Positions 27,473 to 38,526 are shown, numbered from the stretch's first letter. The stretch is 39,337 bases of DNA from a virus (IMGVR_UViG_3300033402_000781:1-39337), one strand, 5' to 3'. Translations and numbers: made by a program. Notes: generated from the sequence alone by a model not told the origin.

Positions 27473-29086
27473 CTACTTTATCTTCTTTGGCTTGGGTACT
27501 CGTTTGCCTCGTTCTAACGACAATGCCAGAATGGCTTCAGTAATATGCCGAATATTGATAGGATCATGCCAGTGAACCTTGGTTACCCTGACATGATGAT
27601 CGCGTGGTGCCCGAAAGACGTTGCTATGGTAAACAGGGTTATCTTCAATCTCTATTTTGCTAAATAGGGCTAGGCAGAAGTGTCGCTTAATATCGTCATT
27701 AGCTTTTATGTAGGCTTTGCCTATATCCAAGCCTTGAGCAAGCTCTAGTGCCCGATCCCGCCTGGCATTTATGATAGCCAGTCGTTGTTCGGCTTCGGTA
27801 ATGACAGCTTCAGCCTGCTCAATCTCCTTGGCGATGCGTTTCTGCTCACTCTTCAGTAGACTGTCTTGGATGACCTTGTCGTAATAGGCTTGCATAACGT
27901 TATCCCGCTCAGCCAGCAACCTATCACGTCGACCAGTTTGCTGCTTAACATCGGTTTCAGCAAAGCGTTGTTCACTAGCTAATTCCTTACTAATTTCAGC
28001 CGTCAGTTTCTGGCGATCACTATCGGAAAACTTTAATTGCTTAATGGTATTTGTTACTGCTTCTTTAATTAGCTGCATGGGGATATAGACTTGTGGGCAG
28101 CCATTATCTCGTTTATTCATGCAAAAGAAATATTCGTAGTTTTTGCGGTTCGGCTTTCTCGACAGCATATAGCACATATGCCGCTGGCATTTACCACAAA
28201 GCAGCATCCTTGATAGATATGGGTAGTGCTTGCGATGCCTATTCTCCCGTATGTAACGGCTAGCCCTAACAGCCTCACAGGCTGCAAATACAGCTGGAGT
28301 GACTAATGGCTGATGATTACCCTTATACTCCACGCCACAGTAAGTTATATAGCCAAGATAGTAGCGGTTGCTGAGCATTTTGTTTAGGCCACTATGACTA
28401 ATTGGCTCTACGTGTGAGCGAGCTCGCAATCTACTACGTAAACCACGTTTAGACAACTCCTTCACTAAACGTAGCTCACTGTAGTCGCCCGTGGCATAGC
28501 GTTCAAATGCCCAGCGAATTAATGGTGCTCGTACTGTGTCTAGTCCCACTGTATGTATCTCACGCCGATTAGTTCGTTCGGTGACATTAGCGTAGCCAAT
28601 CGGAGCCTGATATGGAGTACCGCCTTGCTTGGCTTTCTCAGTTGCTCCTTTAAGGGCTTCAGCCGCTAGGTTGCGACTATAGAACTCGGCAATAGTAGCC
28701 ATAATGCCATGGAGCAATCGGCCGGACGGTGTTTCATCGATATTTTCAGTAACGGAGACTAGCTGAGCACCACCTTTCTGAATGGCTAGACCAATCGTCA
28801 CATCATCATGCAGATTTCTAGCCAGACGATCAATCTTATGGACAATGACATACTGGATGCCTTTTTTATCGCACAGATCACTCAGTAATCGCTGCAATTC
28901 TGGTCTAGCAGCTGACCTAGCCGACTCACCACGGTCAGCGTATTCCTTGATTTGGGTAGCACCCAGTTCTTTGGCCTTACGCCTACAAGCCTCCCTTTGT
29001 GCCGGAATAGAAAATCCGTCCCGATTAGTGTTACCTTTTGTTGCTTGATCGAGTGTTGACACTCGAAGATATATTGCTACTTTCAT
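27473..29086 (-). CDS. large serine recombinase, paralog of 1349-2962
   Basis: Same length (537 aa) and nearly identical protein, with many synonymous differences. Confidence 0.95.
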   Translation of the reverse strand: MKVAIYLRVSTLDQATKGNTNRDGFSIPAQREACRRKAKELGATQIKEYADRGESARSAARPELQRLLSDLCDKKGIQYVIVHKIDRLARNLHDDVTIGLAIQKGGAQLVSVTENIDETPSGRLLHGIMATIAEFYSRNLAAEALKGATEKAKQGGTPYQAPIGYANVTERTNRREIHTVGLDTVRAPLIRWAFERYATGDYSELRLVKELSKRGLRSRLRARSHVEPISHSGLNKMLSNRYYLGYITYCGVEYKGNHQPLVTPAVFAACEAVRASRYIRENRHRKHYPYLSRMLLCGKCQRHMCYMLSRKPNRKNYEYFFCMNKRDNGCPQVYIPMQLIKEAVTNTIKQLKFSDSDRQKLTAEISKELASEQRFAETDVKQQTGRRDRLLAERDNVMQAYYDKVIQDSLLKSEQKRIAKEIEQAEAVITEAEQRLAIINARRDRALELAQGLDIGKAYIKANDDIKRHFCLALFSKIEIEDNPVYHSNVFRAPRDHHVRVTKVHWHDPINIRHITEAILALSLERGKRVPKPKKIK

Positions 29087-29176
29087 AGCTAACTCCTCCT
29101 TATTATGTTGTGATTACATAATGGCCGGATATTTAAGCTAAAAGGAGCAATTCATTTCGCGGTATAGGGTAGACCC

Positions 29177-30220
29177 CTACTGGAAGGTGTTAAAAAGCTC
29201 TATAAATTCGTTATGGTCGATCAGGTTTTTTTCGACTGCACTCATCAAGTCATCGACTTCAGCTTCAGTTGTAAGGTTGACTAATTCTAGCACTGGTGGC
29301 TTCTTGATATTGTTCCTTCTGGCCAGCGGAACCAGCACCTGTTCGTTAAATTGATCGACCAGAAATTGTCTTGCCTGAACCTTATCACGCATATAGCGGC
29401 ACAAGATATACGCATCGTAGTAATCAGTACGCGGTAACTCCCTGATCGATTCAAATTGGTGAAAGTTTTTACAAATTATTGCCCGGGTGAATTGAAACGC
29501 TCGTTGTTCGGCGGCGTATTTTTTATAGCGAGCACGTTCGGCGTTAACACCCATACCAACAACGCTGCCTCCAGATCGGGTATAGTCCAAGGTAAACTTC
29601 CAATAAGCTTGAGACTTCTTCAGCAGACCCATGGATTGCTTGGTAGGCTGAATCTTTCCGAATGGGTACTTGATATGCAGTATTTCATCAGGTGCAAAGT
29701 CAAACGACCTTACTTTTCGCTCCCTATCGTATGAATGATTCAAGAAAGCTAGTCGTGAATAGCGTTGCTTATAGCCTCTGATGCGGCGGCCAAGTGAACG
29801 TTTAACGTGCATAGTTGACGCATGCAAATAAGTAAAGTCGTCCACTAAAATCAGGTCGGTCGTATTCTCCGGCACTGTCCAGCGAATCGCGTAATAGTTG
29901 TCACCGTAAATAGCCGTCTGCTCAAGTATTGACCCAAAGAAGCCGGTAATGTCGAACATATTGCCATAGATGCGTTCGTAACTTCTCTGGCGAGTTATGA
30001 AGTGCTCGTTCAGTATGCGGCTGATTCGGCTGCCAAGGTGCGTAATGACAAAATGATCGCTCGGATCACGGGTATATGGGAATAGTGCTTGCAGCCCTCG
30101 TAGCTCGACCGTGAATTGCATGCCGTCGTGGCTGGTCTCCTCATAACGCGTATGCCCCTTAATGTATGACAGGAACGGATCGTCAAGCCAGTAACCCTTC
30201 TGATTCTTATTGTTGGCCAT
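29177..30220 (-). CDS. hypothetical protein, possibly a divergent phage portal-like protein
   Basis: 347 aa; IYGDNYYAIRW, FAPDEILHIKYP, FQFTRAIICKNF and QVLVPL occur in an order resembling HK97-type portal motifs. Confidence 0.45.
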   Translation of the reverse strand: MANNKNQKGYWLDDPFLSYIKGHTRYEETSHDGMQFTVELRGLQALFPYTRDPSDHFVITHLGSRISRILNEHFITRQRSYERIYGNMFDITGFFGSILEQTAIYGDNYYAIRWTVPENTTDLILVDDFTYLHASTMHVKRSLGRRIRGYKQRYSRLAFLNHSYDRERKVRSFDFAPDEILHIKYPFGKIQPTKQSMGLLKKSQAYWKFTLDYTRSGGSVVGMGVNAERARYKKYAAEQRAFQFTRAIICKNFHQFESIRELPRTDYYDAYILCRYMRDKVQARQFLVDQFNEQVLVPLARRNNIKKPPVLELVNLTTEAEVDDLMSAVEKNLIDHNEFIELFNTFQ

Positions 30221-32678
30221 CGTCTGAATCCTTCATGTGGCTTAGCAGTTCCATGAGTTCGACTATGGCTGCTCGCTTCTTTGCAAGATCCCACTCCCGC
30301 ACCCAATCAGCGAATCCTTCGATCGCACGATCTTGAATATCTATATCGAACTGGGCTAGGTTTTGGATAAAGCGGCTCGGATGGACGTAGCGGGTGCCGA
30401 CTCCGATTGCATTTACTGACTCGTGGTAGGGTTCTTCTTGTAGCTCACGTTCCAGTTTGCGAGCCAGGTTCATGTAATGCTGGTGGTAACGATTAACTTC
30501 CCAACCAATAAGGTTGGTCGGACGGTAATCTTTAACGATCTCGACGACCTTAGATAGGCCATTTTGGTAGGTGGCATTGAGCAACGCCACGTATTTTTCA
30601 AGGACAGTGTAATCTTGGCGAAGTTCGGATAAGACAAATAATGCGCCACCCCATAAGACTGTCAGTCGATGGTAGCGAGCCATCTCTTCCGGTTCGGTGA
30701 TGGACTGCATAATGACAAGCCTGACTGACACTAATGCCTTGAAATAGGCCTCGATGAGGCCAGGCTGTTCTTCATAGATCGCCACAAAGTAGCCACGCTC
30801 GGCCTGGTCTAAGATCTCAAGCTCGTCAATCAGCGCCTTTGGTAATAGCAGGAGTTGTCGTACATTACTGCCTAGAATGCTGGCAAAGTGTTCGGCAATT
30901 TCCTTTTGGTCTTCATACAGTAAGCGGCTCATCCAGACCATTTGGATTTTTATAAACTGTCCGACATAATCTTGGTTCGGTATCAGTAGAAGCCTGTCGA
31001 TCATGGCCGTTGAATGGTCAAAGAAGGTGGTAAATACACTCTGGGTCTGATCTTTGAGGGTTTTCTCCAGTGTCTTGCGAAATGCGGCAACCAGCTGCTC
31101 TTTGGGGGTAACAAGCTTACCTTCCAGCCTTTCCTCAACTTCTAGTTGTTGCCAGTAGCTATATAGTAGCTTTCGTGCCTCGGCTGCAATCTTTCTGTCA
31201 CCCAAATAGCTGCGTGACTGGTTTAACTGATCACTATCATAAAAGGACTCCAAAATTTTAACGGCTGGTTCAATATCCCACTTGTCCGCAGCAGTGACAG
31301 CAATGGCGAAGTAGTCATTCAGAATGCTGACCGTAGAGCTTTCATTTGTAAAGTCGAGCTGGTTCACCAGCTCTAGAAAATCCTTCAGGGCGCTATTGAA
31401 AACGCTGAATTCTTGGCTTTGCCAAGCTCCTGGGATATCCACGGGATCACTGGCCGTGCGCTCACGATCGCCGATAAGCACTTCCTTATAACCATCTGAA
31501 GCCCTAGAAAGCATCTTGTCATCATGCTGGCTAATGGCAGTGTCACGCATTTCTTTTAGAAGCTCAAGCGCCCTGGTTTCAAACCATTCATTATCCTGCT
31601 TGGTAGTAAAGAATGGGCCACGCCCCTGAATTTCATACACCGACTTGATTGAGGATAGAGACATATTATCGGCCTTAGGCTGGTCAAGTTTTTGGTCAGC
31701 CCACCAGCCACGCTCGGTATCAATGAAGCGTTTATTGCCAAGGTAGTCCCGCAGGATGCGGCCGAGTATCATCGGTCCGTACGATGCGTCATCGAGTTTA
31801 TTGTTACGGATTAGGTCGCGGAACAAGCTGCCAAAGATGTTGAGGTATCGCTTAGACTGCCTGCGAGCGCCCATAGGAATGCTCCAGCTCTTGGTCTTGT
31901 AGCCCGACTCGGCGGTTATGCCAGGGAACATTTCAAGGAATAGCTGCCAGATCCGCTGAAAGACGCGCATCGGCTTCATTGACTCAATGTAGTGTTTCTT
32001 GAAGATTATGATACCCAAAAAGCACAGTGCTACTAAGATGGTGGCAAACAGAAAGCTAGCGACAGGCTCCGGTTTCGTGAAGTGCAATCGAATAAACGTT
32101 GCGACAGCGAACAGGTCGGTGAATATAAGCAGGCTGAAGAAATAGTTGCTAACCCGTTCCTCGTTCATAAAGCCGGTGACATCGGCTGAATACCGTTCAG
32201 TCGATAGCTGGAAACCGACAGCATACAGGGCAAATATTAGGCCGAGGAGCCCAGAGACCGCGCCAACATAGATCGTCAGACCGGTCTGCAGGGCGTCCGG
32301 TGGGATCGTGTTAAAATTGTCGGCGATAAATCGGACATGACTGAGTGCTGGGTGCACCCACCAGTAAACAGCATCCATTAACCACCCAAGCACTAGTGCC
32401 ACCACCAGGTAGCCCAAAACCCGCTTGGAGTACTTAATTACCTCTTTCAATATTTGGTGTTCTTGCTTCTCTTTCTCGAGGCTATACTCCCAGACACGCA
32501 GTTTTTCCCTGGAGTTGGCATAGCGGCGATAACGCTTGGCTAGCCAAGCAGACAGACTGGCCATTCGAGGCGACTGCTTGTCTTCTTCGAACGGTGAACT
32601 ACGTCGAATGGCGTAGCGAAGCGATCGGTTTCGGGCGGCCGAGATAAAGTATTGAATGGTGCGGTAGATTCTTTTCAT
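30207..32678 (-). CDS. large membrane protein (N-terminal multi-TM region, DUF2254-like, long helical C-terminus)
   Basis: About four hydrophobic segments incl. GAVSGLLGLIFALYAVGFQLSTERYS; start set at ATG 32678. Confidence 0.65.
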   Translation of the reverse strand: MKRIYRTIQYFISAARNRSLRYAIRRSSPFEEDKQSPRMASLSAWLAKRYRRYANSREKLRVWEYSLEKEKQEHQILKEVIKYSKRVLGYLVVALVLGWLMDAVYWWVHPALSHVRFIADNFNTIPPDALQTGLTIYVGAVSGLLGLIFALYAVGFQLSTERYSADVTGFMNEERVSNYFFSLLIFTDLFAVATFIRLHFTKPEPVASFLFATILVALCFLGIIIFKKHYIESMKPMRVFQRIWQLFLEMFPGITAESGYKTKSWSIPMGARRQSKRYLNIFGSLFRDLIRNNKLDDASYGPMILGRILRDYLGNKRFIDTERGWWADQKLDQPKADNMSLSSIKSVYEIQGRGPFFTTKQDNEWFETRALELLKEMRDTAISQHDDKMLSRASDGYKEVLIGDRERTASDPVDIPGAWQSQEFSVFNSALKDFLELVNQLDFTNESSTVSILNDYFAIAVTAADKWDIEPAVKILESFYDSDQLNQSRSYLGDRKIAAEARKLLYSYWQQLEVEERLEGKLVTPKEQLVAAFRKTLEKTLKDQTQSVFTTFFDHSTAMIDRLLLIPNQDYVGQFIKIQMVWMSRLLYEDQKEIAEHFASILGSNVRQLLLLPKALIDELEILDQAERGYFVAIYEEQPGLIEAYFKALVSVRLVIMQSITEPEEMARYHRLTVLWGGALFVLSELRQDYTVLEKYVALLNATYQNGLSKVVEIVKDYRPTNLIGWEVNRYHQHYMNLARKLERELQEEPYHESVNAIGVGTRYVHPSRFIQNLAQFDIDIQDRAIEGFADWVREWDLAKKRAAIVELMELLSHMKDSDDGQQ

Positions 32679-32801
32679 AAGGCGGACACTTACACGACAG
32701 CCCACCTAGCTCGTATGATTAAATTATAGTAGTACAACAGCTATTGCACCAACCGATTTAAATTGAGCGATAGTTGTACTAAATAATACAGCGAAAAATA
32801 G

Positions 32802-32830
32802 TTGCAAAGCGCTATACATAGAGTTATATT
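32802..32830 (+). promoter_or_regulatory. sigma70 promoter for rightward element-2 operon
   Basis: TTGCAA-17-TATATT, positional equivalent of 4371-4399. Confidence 0.55.
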
Positions 32831-32951
32831 AAAGGCATCAAAACGCAACATATAGCGTATTAGCCTTTTGGCTAGACCCTAAATGTGGATTTTGGGACAA
32901 ACCACAACACAACGATCTAAACCAACAAAAATCTAAAAAAGGAGAAGACAG

Positions 32952-33335
32952 ATGGAAGATATTACTACCGTGGTCTTATATGGAGTAGAAGGCCAATTAG
33001 ATGCGAACGATTACCTGCCGGGTAATGCGCTTGTAGTATGGGTGACGGACGAACTAACTCGCCACACCGAATATAACTCAACATATGCTGTACGTGATCT
33101 TTGTACGCGCAAGGATCAATTATTTACAGTAGATATCGGCTCAGACTTTAGAGCCATTGACGTCAAGAAGATGCTAATCAAGGAGAATTTGTCCTCTATG
33201 GTTATCCTCGTCACGGACATGGTTGACCCTAAGGTTGCCCAGGGCATAGTGAACCGTTTGGTTACACTGCACCGTCAGTATCGTGAGCAAGCTATTGAGA
33301 CTCAACACGAGCGCCCCAGCTTGCTTGTTGCTTAA
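32952..33335 (+). CDS. hypothetical protein
   Basis: 127 aa, AAGGAG RBS. Confidence 0.7.
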   Translation: MEDITTVVLYGVEGQLDANDYLPGNALVVWVTDELTRHTEYNSTYAVRDLCTRKDQLFTVDIGSDFRAIDVKKMLIKENLSSMVILVTDMVDPKVAQGIVNRLVTLHRQYREQAIETQHERPSLLVA

Positions 33336-33371
33336 AGACTACAAAACAAAATTTAATAAACAGGAGATATT

Positions 33372-33779
33372 ATGAATGCTACCAAAATTAAATTAACAGA
33401 GCAGGACGCAAAAAATGTTAAGGGCTATTACGAAAAACTTGGTAAGTCCCGTGATGAGATAGGCGCTTATTTTGAGCGAACTATGAGTTCACACGACCCA
33501 TTTGCTAAATACACCATGCTGCATAAGTGGGACGTCGTCCATCATGAAAAAGGAGAGCCTCGCAACAGAGCCTATAATAAGTTTATAACCGTACATAGCT
33601 GGGATGACAAAAAGCCAGTAGCAGATATTGAAGCAGCTATGAAGAAGATACCGGCCAAATTAAGACTGGATGGGACGACGTTCGTTGTTGGGGAAATCCT
33701 TCACGAGGCTTTTATCCACGACAATAAAGGTAAATTGGTTAAGACCTTAGACGAAGTACATCTTAGATACGATAACTAA
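33372..33779 (+). CDS. hypothetical protein
   Basis: 135 aa, AGGAG RBS. Confidence 0.7.
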   Translation: MNATKIKLTEQDAKNVKGYYEKLGKSRDEIGAYFERTMSSHDPFAKYTMLHKWDVVHHEKGEPRNRAYNKFITVHSWDDKKPVADIEAAMKKIPAKLRLDGTTFVVGEILHEAFIHDNKGKLVKTLDEVHLRYDN

Positions 33780-33824
33780 AGTTGTAATTAGCCTGTACCA
33801 AGTTAATGAGCTAAAGTCATACTT

Positions 33825-34562
33825 ATGAGCGTGGATAATTATTGGCAACCAATTGCCGACATCCTGTCACACTATCCCAGATTTTTAAAAGCTGTATCTA
33901 AATTACGGACAGACTTAGGTGTGCCCGAAGGCGGCCTTCCGATTGATGATCGAGCACAGTGGTATGGTAACCAGGTAACTGCCGGTGAAGAAGATACCGG
34001 TAAGCGATATGGCTACATGATTGGCCATGACTTACTACCTTCAGACAAAGCAACATTGGATGCACTGGACAAGCTTGCCTCCGACTTTAACTTAGACAGC
34101 CGGTGGCTACACAGCCTGTTTATATTTGTATTTCTGGGCGACAGCAAACTAGACCCAGCCTTTCATAGGAGCGCTAATCTCCGACCACTCATGAATGACA
34201 TACGGCTGCCCAAAGAGCAGCTGCGAGTAACCAGTCTAAGTATCAGCATCCAGAAAGATACATCCATTGAAGATATCCGTGCTATATGGAGTGAAGTCGA
34301 AAAATACCAAGCTTACATGGATTCAGAAGTGCCGAAACGTCGGGATAAAGTTAAGCCAGAGACAGTTAAAAGGTATTTGAAAGTACGTGAGCTAGAAGAT
34401 AAGGGGCTACCCCAGCAGAAAATTGCTGAGAAGCATCCTAAACTAGGCTTTGGCACCGCCAAGGATGTATCAGACTTTAAAAGAGAACTAGAACAACGCT
34501 TTAAGCCAGCCAAATCCGGGGCGTTACGAAAGCTACCGCCCCTGTCGTGGCATAACCAATAA
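33825..34562 (+). CDS. hypothetical protein with possible C-terminal HTH
   Basis: 245 aa; C-terminal ELEDKGLPQQKIAE..TAKDVSDFKR resembles an HTH. Confidence 0.6.
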   Translation: MSVDNYWQPIADILSHYPRFLKAVSKLRTDLGVPEGGLPIDDRAQWYGNQVTAGEEDTGKRYGYMIGHDLLPSDKATLDALDKLASDFNLDSRWLHSLFIFVFLGDSKLDPAFHRSANLRPLMNDIRLPKEQLRVTSLSISIQKDTSIEDIRAIWSEVEKYQAYMDSEVPKRRDKVKPETVKRYLKVRELEDKGLPQQKIAEKHPKLGFGTAKDVSDFKRELEQRFKPAKSGALRKLPPLSWHNQ

Positions 34563-34603
34563 CTCTTCATAATTAACCTTGTATGTTAAACAAGGGAATA
34601 ATT

Positions 34604-35872
34604 ATGGAAAATCAAAAACACAGCATTGTGTATGTCGACATTGACGAATTAAAACCAGCCACCTACAATCCACGCAAAATATCCAACAAAGCCCTAGCAG
34701 ACCTAAAAGAGAGCCTGCGTCGTTTTGAGGTGGTTGATCCACTGATTGTGAACGGATTACCGGAACGTAAGAACATCATTATTGGTGGCCACCAACGCTA
34801 TCGTGCGGCCAAAGAGCTTGGCCATAAAACCATACCAGTTGTGTACGTTGAGCTAGACGAAGCCAAAGAAAAAGAATTAAACTTGCGTCTTAACCGTAAC
34901 AGCGGTGAATGGGACGTGGAATTATTAAAAGAGTTCGATATTGAGCTACTGCTTGATGTCGGCTTTGATGACAGCGACCTAGCAGATATATGGAATGATG
35001 CCTTAGAGACTGACGATGATGACTTTGACGTTGAAAAGGCAGTCAAAGAGGCTCAGGAAACCGATATAAAGCCAGGCGATCTATTCCAGCTAGGCCAGCA
35101 TCGCCTAATTTGCGGCAGCTCAACTGACTCTGAAGTTATTAAGCGTCTGGTCGGTGACTTAAAACCAACTATTTTCTACTCCGACCCGCCATATAACATT
35201 GGCCTTGATTACAACAAGGGTGTAGGGCGAAAAGCAGGTTATGGTGGCACAACGGATGACAATAAAAGTGAGGCAGACTACCGTAACTTCCTAAGAGATA
35301 TTCTAGCTACGGCGCTGCCGACACTTACTAAGGATGCTCACGTTTTTATGTACTGTGATCAGACCTACATTGGTTTGGTACAGTCCCTAATGGCCGATTA
35401 TAAACTGAAGAACCGCCGAGTTTGCATGTGGATTAAGAATGGCTTTAACGTTACGCCGAAGGTCGCGTTCAACAAAGGCTATGAGCCATGCGTTTATGCG
35501 ACTAGAGGCAAACCATTCCTGTCTGAAAGTAGCCAAAACCTGACCGAAGTCCTTAATAAAGACATAGCTTCGGGCAACCGTACCATAGATGATATCATCG
35601 ACCTCTTTGACGTCTGGTTGGCAAAGCGTGAGGCCGGGCAAGACTATAAACACCCCACCCAAAAGCCAGTAACCCTCCACGAAAAGCCATTAAAACGTTG
35701 CACCAAAGTGAGTGACATGGTGCTTGACGTCTTTGGAGGCTCCGGCTCAACCCTAATTGCTTGCGAGCAAATGAAACGCAGAGCACTACTCTGTGAGCTA
35801 GAGCCAGTCTTTTGTCAGGTTATTATTGACCGTTGGGAAGCTTTAACCGGTGATAAGGTGGTACAGCTGTGA
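34604..35872 (+). CDS. ParB-like domain + DNA methyltransferase, paralog of 6619-7887
   Basis: LKPATYNPRK, IGGHQR, SDPPY, HPTQKP, DVFGGSGST; start set at ATG 34604. Confidence 0.92.
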   Translation: MENQKHSIVYVDIDELKPATYNPRKISNKALADLKESLRRFEVVDPLIVNGLPERKNIIIGGHQRYRAAKELGHKTIPVVYVELDEAKEKELNLRLNRNSGEWDVELLKEFDIELLLDVGFDDSDLADIWNDALETDDDDFDVEKAVKEAQETDIKPGDLFQLGQHRLICGSSTDSEVIKRLVGDLKPTIFYSDPPYNIGLDYNKGVGRKAGYGGTTDDNKSEADYRNFLRDILATALPTLTKDAHVFMYCDQTYIGLVQSLMADYKLKNRRVCMWIKNGFNVTPKVAFNKGYEPCVYATRGKPFLSESSQNLTEVLNKDIASGNRTIDDIIDLFDVWLAKREAGQDYKHPTQKPVTLHEKPLKRCTKVSDMVLDVFGGSGSTLIACEQMKRRALLCELEPVFCQVIIDRWEALTGDKVVQL

Positions 35873-36609
35873 AGACGGGATCAATCTATAAATTAGGTCA
35901 GCACCGCTTAGCGTGTGGTGATTCCAGCGACCCAGAACTGGTTAAACAACTACTTGGTGACAGTAAAGTTAACCTTATTCTCTGTGACCCGCCTTATGGA
36001 GTGAACTACACTGAGAGCAAACAAGGAATTACTAAGATTGTTAGCAAGAGAGCTATAGCAAATGACAACATTGACGATGCCGCTGGCTATGAATACTTCA
36101 CCAAAAACTGGCTGGAAGCTATCAAGTTACATCTAGCCAAAAAGAATAGTCTCTATATCTTCAACTCCGATAAAATGTTATTGCCGACCGTCAAAGCCCT
36201 AGAAGCTGGTGGGGGCAAGTTCACCCAATTGCTCATCTGGGCTAAAACCCAGTCTATTATTGGTCGTTTGGATTACTTACCCCAGCACGAGCTAATAATT
36301 TACGGTTGGTACGGCACTCATAACTTTGCTAAAAGCAAAGACAAAAGCGTTTTGATTTACCCAAAACCAACCACAAGCAAACTGCATCCAACCATGAAAC
36401 CGGTTGGGCTACTGCGCCGTCTTGTTCTTAATAGCTCGAATGTTGGTGACATCGTGTTCGACGGTTTTAGTGGTAGTGGTAGCACTCTTATTGCCTGTGA
36501 ACAGACTCAACGCCAGTGTCTAATGGTTGAACTAGACCCTGATTATTGCCAAGTCATTATTGACCGTTGGGAGAAATTAACAGGTCAGCAAGCTAAGGAG
36601 ACGCCATGA
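35869..36609 (+). CDS. site-specific DNA methyltransferase, paralog of 7884-8624
   Basis: CDPPY, HPTMKP, DGFSGSGST. Confidence 0.92.
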   Translation: MKTGSIYKLGQHRLACGDSSDPELVKQLLGDSKVNLILCDPPYGVNYTESKQGITKIVSKRAIANDNIDDAAGYEYFTKNWLEAIKLHLAKKNSLYIFNSDKMLLPTVKALEAGGGKFTQLLIWAKTQSIIGRLDYLPQHELIIYGWYGTHNFAKSKDKSVLIYPKPTTSKLHPTMKPVGLLRRLVLNSSNVGDIVFDGFSGSGSTLIACEQTQRQCLMVELDPDYCQVIIDRWEKLTGQQAKETP

Positions 36610-37019
36610 GTCGCAACCAAGAACTAGATAAACAGAAGCTGCTAAAGGCGCTAGCTAAGTCACCAATTGTTGAAGTGGCTTGTAAACAGACTGGCATACC
36701 ACGATCCACCTATTACCGCTGGCGTAAAGACGACGAAGACTTTACCCAAGCTTGTGACAGTGCCATTGAGGAAAGTGCTGGTCGAATTAATGACCTGGCT
36801 GAATCACAGCTAATATCTGCAATTAAAGAGCAAAACATGACTGCTATTGTCTTTTGGCTCAAACATCACCACACGACTTATCGCACTCGTATTGAAGTTG
36901 ACGCACATCTGAAGCAGGATCAGCAAGCACTGACCCCTGAACAAGCTGTGGTTGTCGAGCACGCTTTAAAGTTGGCTGGCCTAAACCCCAGCGAAGGAAA
37001 AAAAGATGGAAACGGATGA
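36606..37019 (+). CDS. HTH protein, probable terminase small subunit
   Basis: Paralog of 8621-9037, overlaps the TerL start. Confidence 0.7.
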   Translation: MSRNQELDKQKLLKALAKSPIVEVACKQTGIPRSTYYRWRKDDEDFTQACDSAIEESAGRINDLAESQLISAIKEQNMTAIVFWLKHHHTTYRTRIEVDAHLKQDQQALTPEQAVVVEHALKLAGLNPSEGKKDGNG

Positions 37020-38526
37020 GCTACAAAGCACACTATTTACGGATAAAAAAGTAAGAGCCGAGGTAACGACTCAGAGCCATCAGTGGTTTTTTTCAACCTA
37101 CTTCTCGGCATATGTCACCCATGAGACCGCTGATTTGCACCGTGACCTATTTGCTATTAGTGAAGATGTGAATTTACCACTTGCCGTCATAGTGGCGTTT
37201 CGTGGCTCAGCAAAGTCGACTATTATGACGATGTCTTATCCAATTTGGGCTATTGTTGGCAAGTTGCAAAAGAAGTTTGTGCTTATTGCTAGCCAGACCC
37301 AGTACCAAGCCAGAGTCCATCTAACAAACATTAAACGAGAGCTGGAAAGTAATGAGTTGTTAGCTAATGACCTCGGGCCATTCGTTGAACAGCGTGAGGA
37401 ATGGGGTTCAACCTCGCTCTATATACCGAAGTACAATGCTCGCATTACGGCTATTTCTACTGAGCAAAGTGTCCGAGGTATTCGTCACGGTCAATACCGC
37501 CCAGACCTCATTATCTGTGACGACGTTGAAGATATGAGCAGCGTCAAAACTAGAGAAGGCCGAAACAAAACATTTGACTGGTTTACCGGTGAAATTATCC
37601 CAGCCGGTGATACCTACACCAAGCGAATTGTCGTCGGCAACTTGCTACACGAAGATTCACTACTCATGCGCCTTAAGGAGCGCATTGAAGATGATGAAGT
37701 TGACGGCATTTTTCGAGAGTGGCCAATTATGAAAGGTAATAAAAGCCTTTGGCCTGGAAAATACCCAGATAAGCAGTCCATCAATAAACTTCGTCGCACG
37801 ATAGCTAACAAGATAGCTTGGGAGCGGGAGTATATGCTGCGAATAATTCCTGATGAAGATCAGGTTATTGATACTCGCTGGCTGCAGTACTATGATGAGT
37901 TGCCAGAAAAGTCAGAAGAGAACGAGTATATTAACTCGTTTGTATCAGTTGACTTAGCTATCTCTGAAAAGGCCAGTGCAGACTGCACCGCTATTGTGAT
38001 TGTTCATGTCTACGGCTTCAAACCTCAAGACCGTAAGTACTATATTGATAAACGTTTTATTAACGACCGAATAAGTCATATGCATACTTTAGATTCAATC
38101 GTAACTATGTATAAGTCAGTATTAGTCGACAACGACTTACTAGAAGATCGAGAAGAAGAACCAAGAGCCTTAATTGAGCAAGTGGCCTACCAAACAGCCG
38201 CCCTAGAACAGCTAAAGCATCGTGGCATTGAGGCTGTGGGAGTCAAGATACATGGTGATAAACGATCTAGACTACAACTTGCTAGTCCTCTGTTTGAAAT
38301 GGGTATGGTCTATTTCCCTAAAGACCGCGTGATTGCCCCGATAATTCAGCAGATAGTTGGCTTTGGCGTTGAGAAACATGATGACTTAGCTGACGCTGTG
38401 TCTATGGCACTTAACTATATTCAAACTAAGGTTAAATGGGAGGTAACTTTTGGCTGGGGTTGGCTTGGTGGACCGGGCGACGACGAACACATTACGTGCT
38501 ACGGCATCGTATATGACGATGACTAG
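37006..38526 (+). CDS. terL: phage terminase large subunit, paralog of 9024-10526
   Basis: AFRGSAKST, LIICDDVED, SVDLAIS, HDDLADA. Confidence 0.9.
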   Translation: METDELQSTLFTDKKVRAEVTTQSHQWFFSTYFSAYVTHETADLHRDLFAISEDVNLPLAVIVAFRGSAKSTIMTMSYPIWAIVGKLQKKFVLIASQTQYQARVHLTNIKRELESNELLANDLGPFVEQREEWGSTSLYIPKYNARITAISTEQSVRGIRHGQYRPDLIICDDVEDMSSVKTREGRNKTFDWFTGEIIPAGDTYTKRIVVGNLLHEDSLLMRLKERIEDDEVDGIFREWPIMKGNKSLWPGKYPDKQSINKLRRTIANKIAWEREYMLRIIPDEDQVIDTRWLQYYDELPEKSEENEYINSFVSVDLAISEKASADCTAIVIVHVYGFKPQDRKYYIDKRFINDRISHMHTLDSIVTMYKSVLVDNDLLEDREEEPRALIEQVAYQTAALEQLKHRGIEAVGVKIHGDKRSRLQLASPLFEMGMVYFPKDRVIAPIIQQIVGFGVEKHDDLADAVSMALNYIQTKVKWEVTFGWGWLGGPGDDEHITCYGIVYDDD

